Of a stretch of DNA of 64,000 nt, positions 28,401 through 37,846 are shown piece by piece; position 1 is the first letter of the stretch; each line of letters starts with the position of its first letter. The position numbers and the translations under genes are program-made. The stretch lies in the IMG/VR virus record IMGVR_UViG_3300030099_006786, one strand, 5' to 3'. The notes beneath the pieces were generated by a model. It did not search any database. It was given only the letters and a program-made list of their open reading frames with translations, and was not told the origin of the DNA. Source of the stretch: an uncultured virus (IMG/VR IMGVR_UViG_3300030099_006786) (lineage: Duplodnaviria; Heunggongvirae; Uroviricota; Caudoviricetes).

Positions 28401-30305
28401 TTATACGTTATAATATGACAGTACTAACCATTCGAAGCCAGTTACAAGAGCGATTCCCATAACCTTAGCGCTATCTCCTTGAGAAAGTGACAAACTTTGC
28501 TGACCATCGATAAAATTTTCATGACCTGTTGAGCCAGTCACTGTAACAACGCCACTACCTATATTTTTGATGTAATACTGAATTCCGTGATTAGTTGTTG
28601 TGATTTGAGGTAGTGTTGCAGTTTGACCACTAGCATTATTAAAAACTATAACGTTATCGAGAGCACTAATTGCATATCCACCAGCAGTGTCCCTAACTGT
28701 ATAACTTGAGTGGGTTGAGCCACTAACTATAGTTGAGCCAATTACTGAAAATGTTTGAGTAGGGGCACTGGTGTTAATCCCCACCTTATCGGCTCCCCCC
28801 GACACATATAGCATGTGAGTATTGTTATCAGATTCAACACGAAAATCCATTAATGAATCAGAAGTCTGATTTACAACGACTTCAGGAATTGCGCCATCTA
28901 ATCTTAGTCCCTCTCTTATTGTTCCACCATCATTTGCTTTAAATACAATATGTTTATTTGTCGTATCATTTTGGATTAAAATATTTTGAGAAGCATTAAC
29001 TCCAATTGAAGCCAATCCGGTGCCTGCACTATTTGTAAAAAATACAGTTGGCGCGTCTTTTGTAAGATGTAATCCAGAGCCAAATATATTTGCAGATGCG
29101 GAAAGTGTTTTTACAGCCGTATCTCCATCAGCATCTACCGTAAATCCGGTCATTGTGATTGTGCCCATTGTAAGATCACCAGAACCATCGACACTTGTAG
29201 CGCCAGCAATTGAGCCGGCATTAGTAATTCCGCCGTTAACAATATCAAGGCTAGCTAATTCGGTCGCGCCCTCGTTGCTGACCGTGAACATACCCTGACC
29301 AACGTTAAGGCTGTGTAATGTAGCTGTGCTTGAGCCAGATAGAACAGTGCCAGAAATACTACCAGAACTGGCAACAACGCCTTCTTTGCTTACGGTGAAT
29401 GTTCCTTCACCAACGTCAACAGTCCCACCATGAATAAGAGTTCCTGATAAGTGCCCAGAAACAACGTGCTCATCAAAGCGCGCTGCAGAGCCACTAAACC
29501 CAAAAGCGCCAGTTATGGTGGCGGCGCCAATTATATGTGATGTTGCGTTCAGCCTTTTAGCGGTGGCATCACCGTCTGAAGCTACTGTGAATACTCCTTC
29601 ACCAACGTTGACAGTCCCACCATGAATAAGAGTTCCTGATAAGTGTCCAGAAACAACATGCTCATCAAATCGGCCTGCAGAGCCACTAAACCCAAAAGCG
29701 CCAGTTACACTGCCACCGCCAACTATGTGTGATGTTGCGATTAATCTTTTAGCATTGATAACGCCGTCAGAGCTTACTGTGAAATTTTCGTTCGAGGATT
29801 GAAGCATGCCAGCAAAGGTAGCGGTTGATGATCCAGAAATCACACCGGCAACACTAACACTGCCAGAACTGGCAACAACACCTTCTTTACTTACGGTAAA
29901 TGTTCCTTCACCAATGTCGAGAGCATTCAATGCTGTGGTTTGGGAGGATGAAAGTATTCCGCCATTTGTAATGAGAGTTCTTGCATTGGCTTCGCCGTTA
30001 TTGGGGCTCGCAATGATATCAAAGAATCCGCCTAGCGCTTCGACCTGAGAACCAGAGATTACACCCGCGATAACTTCGCGGTTAAAATATCCGGTTGAGC
30101 CAGAATATCCAAGTGAAGAAGAAATTTCACCAACAATTATGTGCGAGCCTGTAACAGATAAACCTCCATCAGTAAAAGAACCTCTAACAGATCCTCCCGT
30201 TCTAAATTTAATTTCGTTTTGTTCGAAATCTATCTGTGTGTCCGTATCCTTATCATAGATTACGTCACCATGTTTTTGTTTACCCTTAGATTTATTATAG
30301 GCCAT
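28401..30305 (-). CDS. Fibre/decoration-like virion protein with internal repeats
   Basis: G/S/T-rich beta repeats, DFRVESDN motif, C-terminal TLP...G..Y.IKN...IDG...W domain. Confidence 0.65.
   Translation of the reverse strand: MAYNKSKGKQKHGDVIYDKDTDTQIDFEQNEIKFRTGGSVRGSFTDGGLSVTGSHIIVGEISSSLGYSGSTGYFNREVIAGVISGSQVEALGGFFDIIASPNNGEANARTLITNGGILSSSQTTALNALDIGEGTFTVSKEGVVASSGSVSVAGVISGSSTATFAGMLQSSNENFTVSSDGVINAKRLIATSHIVGGGSVTGAFGFSGSAGRFDEHVVSGHLSGTLIHGGTVNVGEGVFTVASDGDATAKRLNATSHIIGAATITGAFGFSGSAARFDEHVVSGHLSGTLIHGGTVDVGEGTFTVSKEGVVASSGSISGTVLSGSSTATLHSLNVGQGMFTVSNEGATELASLDIVNGGITNAGSIAGATSVDGSGDLTMGTITMTGFTVDADGDTAVKTLSASANIFGSGLHLTKDAPTVFFTNSAGTGLASIGVNASQNILIQNDTTNKHIVFKANDGGTIREGLRLDGAIPEVVVNQTSDSLMDFRVESDNNTHMLYVSGGADKVGINTSAPTQTFSVIGSTIVSGSTHSSYTVRDTAGGYAISALDNVIVFNNASGQTATLPQITTTNHGIQYYIKNIGSGVVTVTGSTGHENFIDGQQSLSLSQGDSAKVMGIALVTGFEWLVLSYYNV
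29400..29790. repeat. Tandem duplication with 192 nt (64 aa) period inside the fibre gene
   Basis: acagtcccaccatgaataagagttcctgataagtg... starts at both 29419 and 29611. Confidence 0.85.
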
Positions 30306-30344
30306 TTACACTGCCCCTCCGTCATAAATAGTTCTTATATTATA

Positions 30345-31472
30345 TTAGGTGCCCGATAAACCAATCGACCACCAATTTTCTCCATCAGACTGCAACATTC
30401 TCGATGAATAATTCATTTTAATTACCATAACATCTTTTCTGTCAATTATGGAATCTTTAGCTACAATATTAATTGGTTCAGATTTAATACTGTATTTATC
30501 GGTATTAACTTTTTTGATAATCAGTATTCTTCCAGTATTATTACATGCGGGTGGTAATTTAACCGTCACCTTGTTTTTTACTGTATCACATAATATTGTA
30601 TAGTCATCATCAGCAACCACATAATTCGGTGAATCTGTTTTAATAATTCTTTTATATACTGAGCCTTCGCACTTAAATTTACCTTCAGTGGTAATTCTAT
30701 CAGCAACAATTAAGCCATCAACATTCAATTTATTCTTACCTATGTCGTAAGTTAATTTTTCTGATGCACCAAAACCACTTTCATTTTTAATTTGTAATTG
30801 TCCATTGCCGCCGCTTGCTTTTGGTATTTTTACATCAATATAATTGTCGTACAAGTTTCTTAGTGTGGTGTTTTGTAATTGATTTCTAGATATGTCTGCA
30901 ACCAATAACAAATCTTGGTCGCTGAGATTTTGTCCACCTTGAGTTATTGGCTGAGATTTCGTCGGATCTACATAAAGTTGTTTGCTTTTAATTGATAAGC
31001 CACTTCTAGAATTTAAATTTATATCGACATTACCGTCTTCAACTTTTATTCCATCACCAGCAAATACTTGTAATTCTCCATCAACATTACGTAGGCCGAG
31101 GCCATGTTTAATAAAATTAGCTTTTATTTCACCAGCAAATTCTGTTACTGGTATATTGCATAAACCTTCTGCAGAACCATTAAAGGTTGAAGCTATTACA
31201 TTTTTAACATCAAGAGTATTATTATCATATATTAGACTGTGGTTAACTTTAGCAACTCCATTACTATCGTAACTGATAAGACCGTTTTTTCTTCCACCTG
31301 ATAATTTAGTTATTGCCACATCTTTTATAGTGGCACATGGACTTTCAGCGTCTGTATCATAAAAAACACTCGCGCTAATGGTGCTTTTAAATACTTTTAC
31401 ACCTTCAATTTTTTGATCACCATATTGATCAACAGAGCCCTCAACGAGCCCCTTTAAAACATTATAGGCCAT
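30345..31472 (-). CDS. Fibre/decoration-like virion protein
   Basis: GLR/GIK beta-turn repeats; C-terminal TVKLP...GRILIIKK...IID...W domain shared with neighbours. Confidence 0.6.
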   Translation of the reverse strand: MAYNVLKGLVEGSVDQYGDQKIEGVKVFKSTISASVFYDTDAESPCATIKDVAITKLSGGRKNGLISYDSNGVAKVNHSLIYDNNTLDVKNVIASTFNGSAEGLCNIPVTEFAGEIKANFIKHGLGLRNVDGELQVFAGDGIKVEDGNVDINLNSRSGLSIKSKQLYVDPTKSQPITQGGQNLSDQDLLLVADISRNQLQNTTLRNLYDNYIDVKIPKASGGNGQLQIKNESGFGASEKLTYDIGKNKLNVDGLIVADRITTEGKFKCEGSVYKRIIKTDSPNYVVADDDYTILCDTVKNKVTVKLPPACNNTGRILIIKKVNTDKYSIKSEPINIVAKDSIIDRKDVMVIKMNYSSRMLQSDGENWWSIGLSGT

Positions 31473-31517
31473 ATTAAATTTAATTCCTTAATTGAACGTT
31501 CGTTAGTAAGTAGTCAT

Positions 31518-31549
31518 AAAAAAAGGATGCCCCCCATTGAGAGGCATCC
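31518..31549 (-). terminator. Rho-independent terminator
   Basis: GGATGCCTCTC-AAT-GGGGGGCATCC followed by T-tract. Confidence 0.8.
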
Positions 31550-31583
31550 AGTAGTGTATAAACCAATAAAATTGGTTAGACGA

Positions 31584-33026
31584 TTATACGATTCTCCAAT
31601 CATTAGCAACAACGTACACAAGTGAAACCGCTGCGAATGGTGATTCAAGGTGAATGTTAGTAGCGTCACCATCAATCAAGTGCGAACCTTGTACTTCAAT
31701 AGTAATGTTCTGTCCAGCAGCAGTATTTCCTGCTTTAACAACAACAACATCACCAACACTAGGCCCAGCTGGGAGTTTGACGGTTGCATTTACAGTACCG
31801 GTGAAATAGTTATAACCCTCGGAAAGAGTTCCACCATCAGCACCAACTGTAACAGAACCACCATCAGTTGAAAGAACACCGGCGGTAGCGGTAAGGCCAG
31901 CACCAGCCATTGCTGCCACAAGGTCAACAATGCTATCTTTCTTAGGAATGTCAGTATCATCTGCATCAACAAAAGCAAAGAAGTCTTGAGCAACATTAAT
32001 AGAGCCAGAAGCAAGACTGTTTGGATCAAATTGAATCTTACCGCCTGCAGAGCCAAGACCCGGCTCTGATTCTACAAGTTTAGCAGCATAATCTACAAAA
32101 GTATCTCTGCGAACTTTACCAGATGTAGCATCCAAGAAATAAATGCTATCGTCAGCAACACTAACTACAGCTTCTGAAGCACCGGAAAGAGCAACATCTC
32201 CTGAGAACAATGCTGTTTGAGTGATACTAAGATCATTCATTGTCAACAAGCCAGAACCAGTGATTGTGGTTGCACCAGCAATTGCGTTAGCAGTTGTGAC
32301 ACCACCAGAAAAGACTGCACCTGCTTGAAAGGTAGGAACACCTTCAACATTCAAAGTACCATCGATGTCAGTGTTACCGTTTGCAGCAACAGTAAATTCA
32401 GCCATTGTAATTGTACCCACGGTAAGATCACCGGACGCGTCAATGCTAGTAACATTTGCAATTGCTTTAGCAGCCGAAATAATATCGGTACCTTGCATAG
32501 TTAAACCACCATCGGCACGAACTTGACCAAATGAAGCAAGAAGCGTTCCTGAAATAGTGCTAGTGGTAGCCACAGCACCAGCATCGCTAACAGTAAACCT
32601 AGAATCACCAGCAGCAATGCTACCAGAAATCAAAAAGTTACCAGAACCTGAAACATTAGAGTTAGAGGTAAGTGATTTAGCGACAAGATCACCATCAGCA
32701 TCAACAGTGAAGCCAGCGTTAGAAGTGCTAACAGTGCCAGCAATATGAAGATTATTAGAGCCAGAAATCAATCCGAGCCCGGTGAGTGATTTAGCGACAA
32801 GATCACCATCAGCATCGACAGTGAAGCCCTCGTTAGAAGTACTAACAGTACCAGCGATACTAAGGTTACCAGAACCAGAGACAGCTGCTAAAGTAGCATT
32901 TTTGGATGCATCAATAGCAGTGCTGCCAGCCAATTGAAGTACACCACTGTCAATAATGTCAATGTTACCTTCTTGAGCCAACGATCCACTTAAAATCGCA
33001 TCGTCTAATTGAAATTTGTAAGCCAT
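31584..33026 (-). CDS. Fibre/decoration-like virion protein with internal repeats
   Basis: Repeated IAGTVSTSN.GFTVDADGDLVAKSLT; C-terminal TVKLP...GDVVVVK...IDG...W domain. Confidence 0.65.
   Translation of the reverse strand: MAYKFQLDDAILSGSLAQEGNIDIIDSGVLQLAGSTAIDASKNATLAAVSGSGNLSIAGTVSTSNEGFTVDADGDLVAKSLTGLGLISGSNNLHIAGTVSTSNAGFTVDADGDLVAKSLTSNSNVSGSGNFLISGSIAAGDSRFTVSDAGAVATTSTISGTLLASFGQVRADGGLTMQGTDIISAAKAIANVTSIDASGDLTVGTITMAEFTVAANGNTDIDGTLNVEGVPTFQAGAVFSGGVTTANAIAGATTITGSGLLTMNDLSITQTALFSGDVALSGASEAVVSVADDSIYFLDATSGKVRRDTFVDYAAKLVESEPGLGSAGGKIQFDPNSLASGSINVAQDFFAFVDADDTDIPKKDSIVDLVAAMAGAGLTATAGVLSTDGGSVTVGADGGTLSEGYNYFTGTVNATVKLPAGPSVGDVVVVKAGNTAAGQNITIEVQGSHLIDGDATNIHLESPFAAVSLVYVVANDWRIV
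32671..32860. repeat. Tandem duplication with 114 nt (38 aa) period
   Basis: agtgatttagcgacaagatcaccatcagcatc starts at both 32671 and 32785. Confidence 0.85.
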
Positions 33027-33150
33027 GTTTTAAAAACCCTCCATTTATAGTTTTAATAATATGGTTTTGTTGCATAGTATAAACTGATGCAACACAACAC
33101 AAAGCAAACTTTGCGTCATCTATAATTAGTTCGTTTTGAAGCCTAAAATC

Positions 33151-33903
33151 TTAGCAGATGAAGTATTTTGCCGCCCCATCACAATAAAGCTGAACTGATG
33201 CACGGGGTGACTCCAAAACAATAAAATTTTGACCGTCGATTTTATCGCCGCCGACACTGCAAGAGATCGTTATATTGTTATTGTTAGCGTTTCCGGCTTC
33301 ATCTTTGATAACAAAAGTTTGGCCTTCAGTGGTTGTACTGGCGGTTGGTAATGTAAGCAAAACAGGATTAGATGTAGAATCGACACCGACGTAGTAATCT
33401 GTAATTGTAACTAAGTAATTTGCGGCCGTAGCATGTCTTTTATGTATAACAGCCCCACTTAAAAACGAAGAACCCACAACTGACAAAGTACTTGACGGAC
33501 TTGTATTGGCACCAACTGAAATACTACTAGTTGTGAAAGCTCTATTAGCAGCCAATTCTGTAAATATGCCGCCGCCGCTGGCTGAGATGCCTGTTAAAAA
33601 TCTACCATCTCCGTAAAAGAAAGATGAAGACATGCTGATGCTGGCAGTAACATGACCAGTTACGCTTAGTGTGTTAGTGCCACCATCAAACTTTAGGTTC
33701 GATTCACAAGTTAAATTATTCGCATCACCACCAACATTAGTTACAATTGAATTGTCGGTAGCATTTGATACGCGAGGAACATTAATGACATTAGCTGCAT
33801 CAGATGTGCTAAGATTCCCTGAGAGAATATTTGTTCCCTCTGATATACCGGGCCCGAAATAGGCCGGCGCAATTACGGTTCCCGATAAATTGTTACGCGC
33901 CAT
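33151..33903 (-). CDS. Fibre/decoration-like virion protein
   Basis: C-terminal LTLP...GQTFVIKDEAG...NNNITI...IDGQ domain. Confidence 0.6.
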   Translation of the reverse strand: MARNNLSGTVIAPAYFGPGISEGTNILSGNLSTSDAANVINVPRVSNATDNSIVTNVGGDANNLTCESNLKFDGGTNTLSVTGHVTASISMSSSFFYGDGRFLTGISASGGGIFTELAANRAFTTSSISVGANTSPSSTLSVVGSSFLSGAVIHKRHATAANYLVTITDYYVGVDSTSNPVLLTLPTASTTTEGQTFVIKDEAGNANNNNITISCSVGGDKIDGQNFIVLESPRASVQLYCDGAAKYFIC

Positions 33904-33942
33904 TCAACATTGTCTCCCATGTTTAATTAGAGAATACAAATA

Positions 33943-34638
33943 TTAATAGACAAACCAATTCGTACCATTTGAATACAAGTTAATTGCAGGCATTGTTCCT
34001 GACAATTCATATGAAGATTCGCCGTCAATAGTACAGCCAGTTGGAACTATGGTGATTGAGCCGGTTCTATATACAACTTCGTCTTTAATTGTCATTAAAG
34101 CACCGCCTTTAGAGCCCCACGAATTTGCGTTTGGTAATACTAATCTTGCTTCACCAGTGCGGCGTACACCAACAATTGTGCACGTTGTTGCTACAGATGT
34201 TGTATGCGCTAAGGCTGCACTATAATGCATTTGTATAGACGCACTTTGCACGCGGACTCTTGCCGGTAAACTACCTGCAGCTGTATTAGCTATAAAATAA
34301 GGTAAGGTGGCTGCTCCGCCACCCATTAAAGCTAAACTACCAGTTCTGACATGTATGTCGTCTGCTGTATCACCAAAGAACGTAGATCCAGTACCATCAA
34401 TCTCTGAAATGTTTTTAATTGTATAGCTACTTGCACTAATATTTCCGGTAACAATTAATGTTCCAGATAAAACTAGCGTACTAACAGGAAGCCCGCCGGC
34501 GCTTGCAGTATGGTATAAAAGATTGGTAGAGCCACTAGTGGCGTTAGCACCAGTCAAAAACTGAACTGAGCCAGTTGGCCCTGCTGCCTGACCACCACCA
34601 CTTTCGGTGCAATCTACAAATGCCCATCCTGAAGCCAT
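33943..34638 (-). CDS. Fibre/decoration-like virion protein
   Basis: GPTGSVQF, GSTFFGDTADDIH, C-terminal LVLP...IKDE...IDG...NWFVY domain. Confidence 0.6.
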   Translation of the reverse strand: MASGWAFVDCTESGGGQAAGPTGSVQFLTGANATSGSTNLLYHTASAGGLPVSTLVLSGTLIVTGNISASSYTIKNISEIDGTGSTFFGDTADDIHVRTGSLALMGGGAATLPYFIANTAAGSLPARVRVQSASIQMHYSAALAHTTSVATTCTIVGVRRTGEARLVLPNANSWGSKGGALMTIKDEVVYRTGSITIVPTGCTIDGESSYELSGTMPAINLYSNGTNWFVY

Positions 34639-34644
34639 AGACTA

Positions 34645-35079
34645 TTAAACTCCTTCGTATGAGCCGGTAAAGTTATTTGCGGTCTTTCTACTATCAATTG
34701 AGGTGAGGCCAGCAACTACGTTGAATACATTGCTGCCATCAGCGGAGCCAGACTTAACAAACCACAAACTAGATACTTTCATCTCGTATACTTCTGATTT
34801 TCCATATCCGTTGGAGCCGCTCGCATCAACTGTGTAATAAAAGCTCTCGCTTCCGGTGCCGGCGACGTTAAGGCCTTCATGAGAAAATGCCACTTTTAGT
34901 GGGGTGCCAGCTTTATTGATAACCTGAACCCATCTTGTTACATACGGGAACTTAACTTCTACCACGCTGAGTGCTTCAATGCCACCCGAAGCAAAGGGCC
35001 GGCCACTAACTTGATAGGCGGGTGTGTGATTAATTCCTACATCGGCGTTTTTCCAGCCGGCCGGATTATAATTAGCCAT
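34645..35079 (-). CDS. Putative virion structural protein
   Basis: Start probably ATG 35079; PAYQVSGRPF, FPYVTRWV; late motif upstream. Confidence 0.55.
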   Translation of the reverse strand: MANYNPAGWKNADVGINHTPAYQVSGRPFASGGIEALSVVEVKFPYVTRWVQVINKAGTPLKVAFSHEGLNVAGTGSESFYYTVDASGSNGYGKSEVYEMKVSSLWFVKSGSADGSNVFNVVAGLTSIDSRKTANNFTGSYEGV

Positions 35080-35122
35080 TTCTAAAATCTCCAAAATATA
35101 ATGTGTTCATTGTAAATAGTCT

Positions 35123-35374
35123 TTATTTTTTTCTTTGGCGTTTTTCTTGCGCCCTCTTTCTTTTTAATTCTCTTCTTGCTTTATCGCGCAAAGCACGAAT
35201 ATGTTTTTCTTTCTTTGCGACGGATGGTTTTTTATATCTGCTCTTCTCTCTATATAATTCAACAATTCTTTCTTTCTTGCATTTCTTAATAAATCTTCTA
35301 ATCATTCTTTCATGATTTCCGCGACACTCTCTAGATGTCACAAGCACATTCGCGCTGCGTCTTTTATTCATCAT
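35123..35374 (-). CDS. rpsU: Phage-encoded ribosomal protein bS21
   Basis: Basic 83 aa protein; NHERMIRRFIKKCKKERIVELYREKSRYKKPSVAKKEK matches the bS21 pattern E.ALRRFKR......I..E.R.R..YEKPS..RK. Confidence 0.85.
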   Translation of the reverse strand: MMNKRRSANVLVTSRECRGNHERMIRRFIKKCKKERIVELYREKSRYKKPSVAKKEKHIRALRDKARRELKRKRAQEKRQRKK

Positions 35375-35380
35375 ATATCC

Positions 35381-35782
35381 TTATTTCATCGCCTGCCATA
35401 TTTGTGAGGCATTTCCAACTAGGGAACTAATATCAACACCTGAGTCATTTGAATTCCCTAAATCAACTGAACCAGCAGAGGTACCGGAAGCTTCGCGAGA
35501 TGATAAAGGTTCCGTGTCTTCAAATAAATCAACACCATTATAAGCATCAGCACCAATTGCACTCATTAACTTTTGACGTTGTTCATTAATTTTATTTTTT
35601 TGTTGCTCAGACATAATAGGAGCAGTAGTTTGTCTTACGGGACTTTCGACAACAACGTTGCTTTGCAAACCAGAAACAACTTCTGATACTACATTAGAAA
35701 GAATGCCCTCTTCTAAAAGAACTTCGTTAATACATTCTTTTATCAAGGGCTTGAGTAAAACTTTCAATTCATTTTTCTTCAT
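35381..35782 (-). CDS. Hypothetical head-associated protein
   Basis: MKKNELKVLLKPLIKECINEVLLEE leader; adjacent to the prohead protease gene. Confidence 0.6.
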   Translation of the reverse strand: MKKNELKVLLKPLIKECINEVLLEEGILSNVVSEVVSGLQSNVVVESPVRQTTAPIMSEQQKNKINEQRQKLMSAIGADAYNGVDLFEDTEPLSSREASGTSAGSVDLGNSNDSGVDISSLVGNASQIWQAMK

Positions 35783-36380
35783 TTAAAACCTCATTTAAAA
35801 GCCTATTGATTTTATCAGCTTTTGTAAAAATATTTGGGGCACTTAAATCTTTTGCCTCTTTCATCATAAAAGCGCCCGGGGTCGATGGTTCAGAAACAAA
35901 GTCAAAGCAAATAAGTTGAAAATCATCTTCAACCATTGTAGCACCATTATTTTCAGATACAGATCCCATACCTCTTGAAGATATACCTAATTTAACGCCA
36001 GATTCTACTAGTGACCTAAGTATATTTCCAGATGGTGTATTGAGAACCTGTACCTTACCCATTACATCGGTGCCTTCAGTCCATATATCAGTTACCATGT
36101 GAGATGCATTTTTAAGATTAATTACCGAATCATCTGGATGATCAAGCTCACCAAGTGCTCTTCTTTCTTTTACGAGCTTCTTGTATGTTTCTACTTCCCT
36201 CATTAGTACTTTAGCCGGGTAGACTCTACCGTTTCCATTTCTAGTGTCAGCTTTTTGCATAATTCCAGAAAGAATCATGCCGCCTTCAGAAACAAATTTC
36301 TTTTCAGCTTCTGTTAATAAGTCTTGGCAAACACCGCCATCGCATAGTTCGTAGTATTCTCTTAAAAGTACTTGACCCAT
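35769..36380 (-). CDS. Prohead protease (T4 gp21-like)
   Basis: NGNGRVYP, ALGELDHP, ASHMVT, GISSRGMGS, DFVSEPSTPGA. Confidence 0.95.
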   Translation of the reverse strand: MGQVLLREYYELCDGGVCQDLLTEAEKKFVSEGGMILSGIMQKADTRNGNGRVYPAKVLMREVETYKKLVKERRALGELDHPDDSVINLKNASHMVTDIWTEGTDVMGKVQVLNTPSGNILRSLVESGVKLGISSRGMGSVSENNGATMVEDDFQLICFDFVSEPSTPGAFMMKEAKDLSAPNIFTKADKINRLLNEVLNEEK

Positions 36381-36382
36381 AG

Positions 36383-36472
36383 CTAAGATCCTTTACAGCA
36401 ACGTCGAACTGGCTGAAGCATCCACTTGTTTGTCCAAGTGGCAGTTGTTTTTATCAGTGTGTTTGTGTTCAT
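36383..36472 (-). CDS. Unannotated 29 aa micropeptide MNTNTLIKTTATWTNKWMLQPVRRCCKGS
   Basis: ATG 36472 preceded by GAGGGA; TAG at 36385-36383, two nt before the protease start codon; overlaps the 3' end of the upstream gene in another frame. Confidence 0.55.
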   Translation of the reverse strand: MNTNTLIKTTATWTNKWMLQPVRRCCKGS

Positions 36473-36755
36473 ATTTTATTCCCTCATCTCCAAAAATCAT
36501 GTTGAATACATATGACGTGCCAGAAGACAACCATCCTAAAAGAAAGAAATTTGCTACAGTTACGTCATAGCTAAATAGTTCTGTAAATGGAGAAAGTAGC
36601 ATTAAAAACCAACCCACATGGAATCCCATGCACATAGGGCAATTAAATAATTCGCCAGCCCTTCCTTTTTTTGGTCTTATATTACTAAAAATCTTGCCAT
36701 ATACTATAATTTGTGTAAGTCCGTAAGCACACAATATAAATGTTAATAATTCCAA
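36393..36755 (-). CDS. Small membrane protein with CxxC (DUF1360-like)
   Basis: About three hydrophobic segments; LFNCPMCMGFHVGW. Confidence 0.6.
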   Translation of the reverse strand: MELLTFILCAYGLTQIIVYGKIFSNIRPKKGRAGELFNCPMCMGFHVGWFLMLLSPFTELFSYDVTVANFFLLGWLSSGTSYVFNMIFGDEGIKYEHKHTDKNNCHLDKQVDASASSTLL

Positions 36756-36767
36756 TTTAACTCCTAA

Positions 36768-37271
36768 TTAATTATCGTCAAGGACTGTGGCAATTGAATC
36801 AGCAGCCAGTCCTCCTTCTAGTGAACCTTGGCTAGCTAGCTTCATCATAGCCTTTAGATCAGCAGCTTCAGCCGGGGGGTCTTGAATTTTCAATGCTAGC
36901 AAAGCCATCGCCAATACAGGACCGCCATATTTTGCCACTTTTTGTCCTGCAGGTGTACTAAAAAATTTTTGTACCGCAATATCTCCTTGGATATATGTTT
37001 GCAGCATTTTATCTGCAAGTGCCCCTTCACTAATGTTTTCTTCAAGTGCTGCGCCTTTAAGTGCTTTTACCGTCGCTGAAATCTCTGGATCTTTTAAGAG
37101 GCTTTGAAGCAATGCTTGCAACTGATCACTGTTAGCAGAAGCTGCTTTCTTGATTAAATCAGTAGCTTCTTCTGAGTCATCTTTTATCTTCTCTATTGTT
37201 TCTTGTTCTTCAGAGTTATTTTGCTCATCAAGAAACTTACTCCAATTTTCAAATATAGTTTCCATAATCAC
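36768..37271 (-). CDS. Hypothetical protein with 'ENW.KFL.E' leader
   Basis: METIFENWSKFLDE N-terminus. Confidence 0.6.
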   Translation of the reverse strand: MIMETIFENWSKFLDEQNNSEEQETIEKIKDDSEEATDLIKKAASANSDQLQALLQSLLKDPEISATVKALKGAALEENISEGALADKMLQTYIQGDIAVQKFFSTPAGQKVAKYGGPVLAMALLALKIQDPPAEAADLKAMMKLASQGSLEGGLAADSIATVLDDN

Positions 37272-37846
37272 ATTGTAAACATATACGAGAACGAATAAGG
37301 ATCTCGTAAGTAGCCCGGGCGAATAGACCCTTGCTTAACTTTTTCTGGAACCTCACCCAATTCTGTGGAGTCGGCTTTGTCTGGTTCTAAAAGATTATCT
37401 TCCACGCCAGCAACATGAGCCTCAAAGTTCTCAAAGTAAGGACGCTCTTCTTCAATAAATTTAGAAATATTCAATAGTGTCATTTTTGTAGAGTTAATCT
37501 TATCATCATAAGACTCTTCTATAGAACCTTCTAAAGCACCATAAAAAGAGCCGGCCTGAATTGATTCAGCAATAATGATGCCTTTTTTTCTAAGAAAGGC
37601 AAACAATCTATTTTGCGCACCGTAGACCATATCTGTCATAGTCTCTTTCGGAAAAGCAGTCACCTTGTTGGTTTTAGAGGACAACACAATATCGATATCA
37701 GCATGGTCGAAAATCATTAAATCACCACTAAGGCTTTTTCTGATTTTTAATTCAAGCCTAATTGTTGGTAATGGCTTTCTTGCAGCATCACCTACTTTAA
37801 TTTTAATTGGCTCGTTTTTTGGTATTAATCTAACTAGAACTGACAT
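37268..37846 (-). CDS. Hypothetical protein
   Basis: 192 aa ORF overlapping both neighbours. Confidence 0.65.
   Translation of the reverse strand: MSVLVRLIPKNEPIKIKVGDAARKPLPTIRLELKIRKSLSGDLMIFDHADIDIVLSSKTNKVTAFPKETMTDMVYGAQNRLFAFLRKKGIIIAESIQAGSFYGALEGSIEESYDDKINSTKMTLLNISKFIEEERPYFENFEAHVAGVEDNLLEPDKADSTELGEVPEKVKQGSIRPGYLRDPYSFSYMFTM

Noticed and set aside
28401..33026. Near-identical repeats as a possible diversity-generating retroelement TR/VR pair
   Set aside because: The repeats are tandem, in-frame and intragenic, mismatches are not confined to adenines, and no reverse transcriptase is in the window
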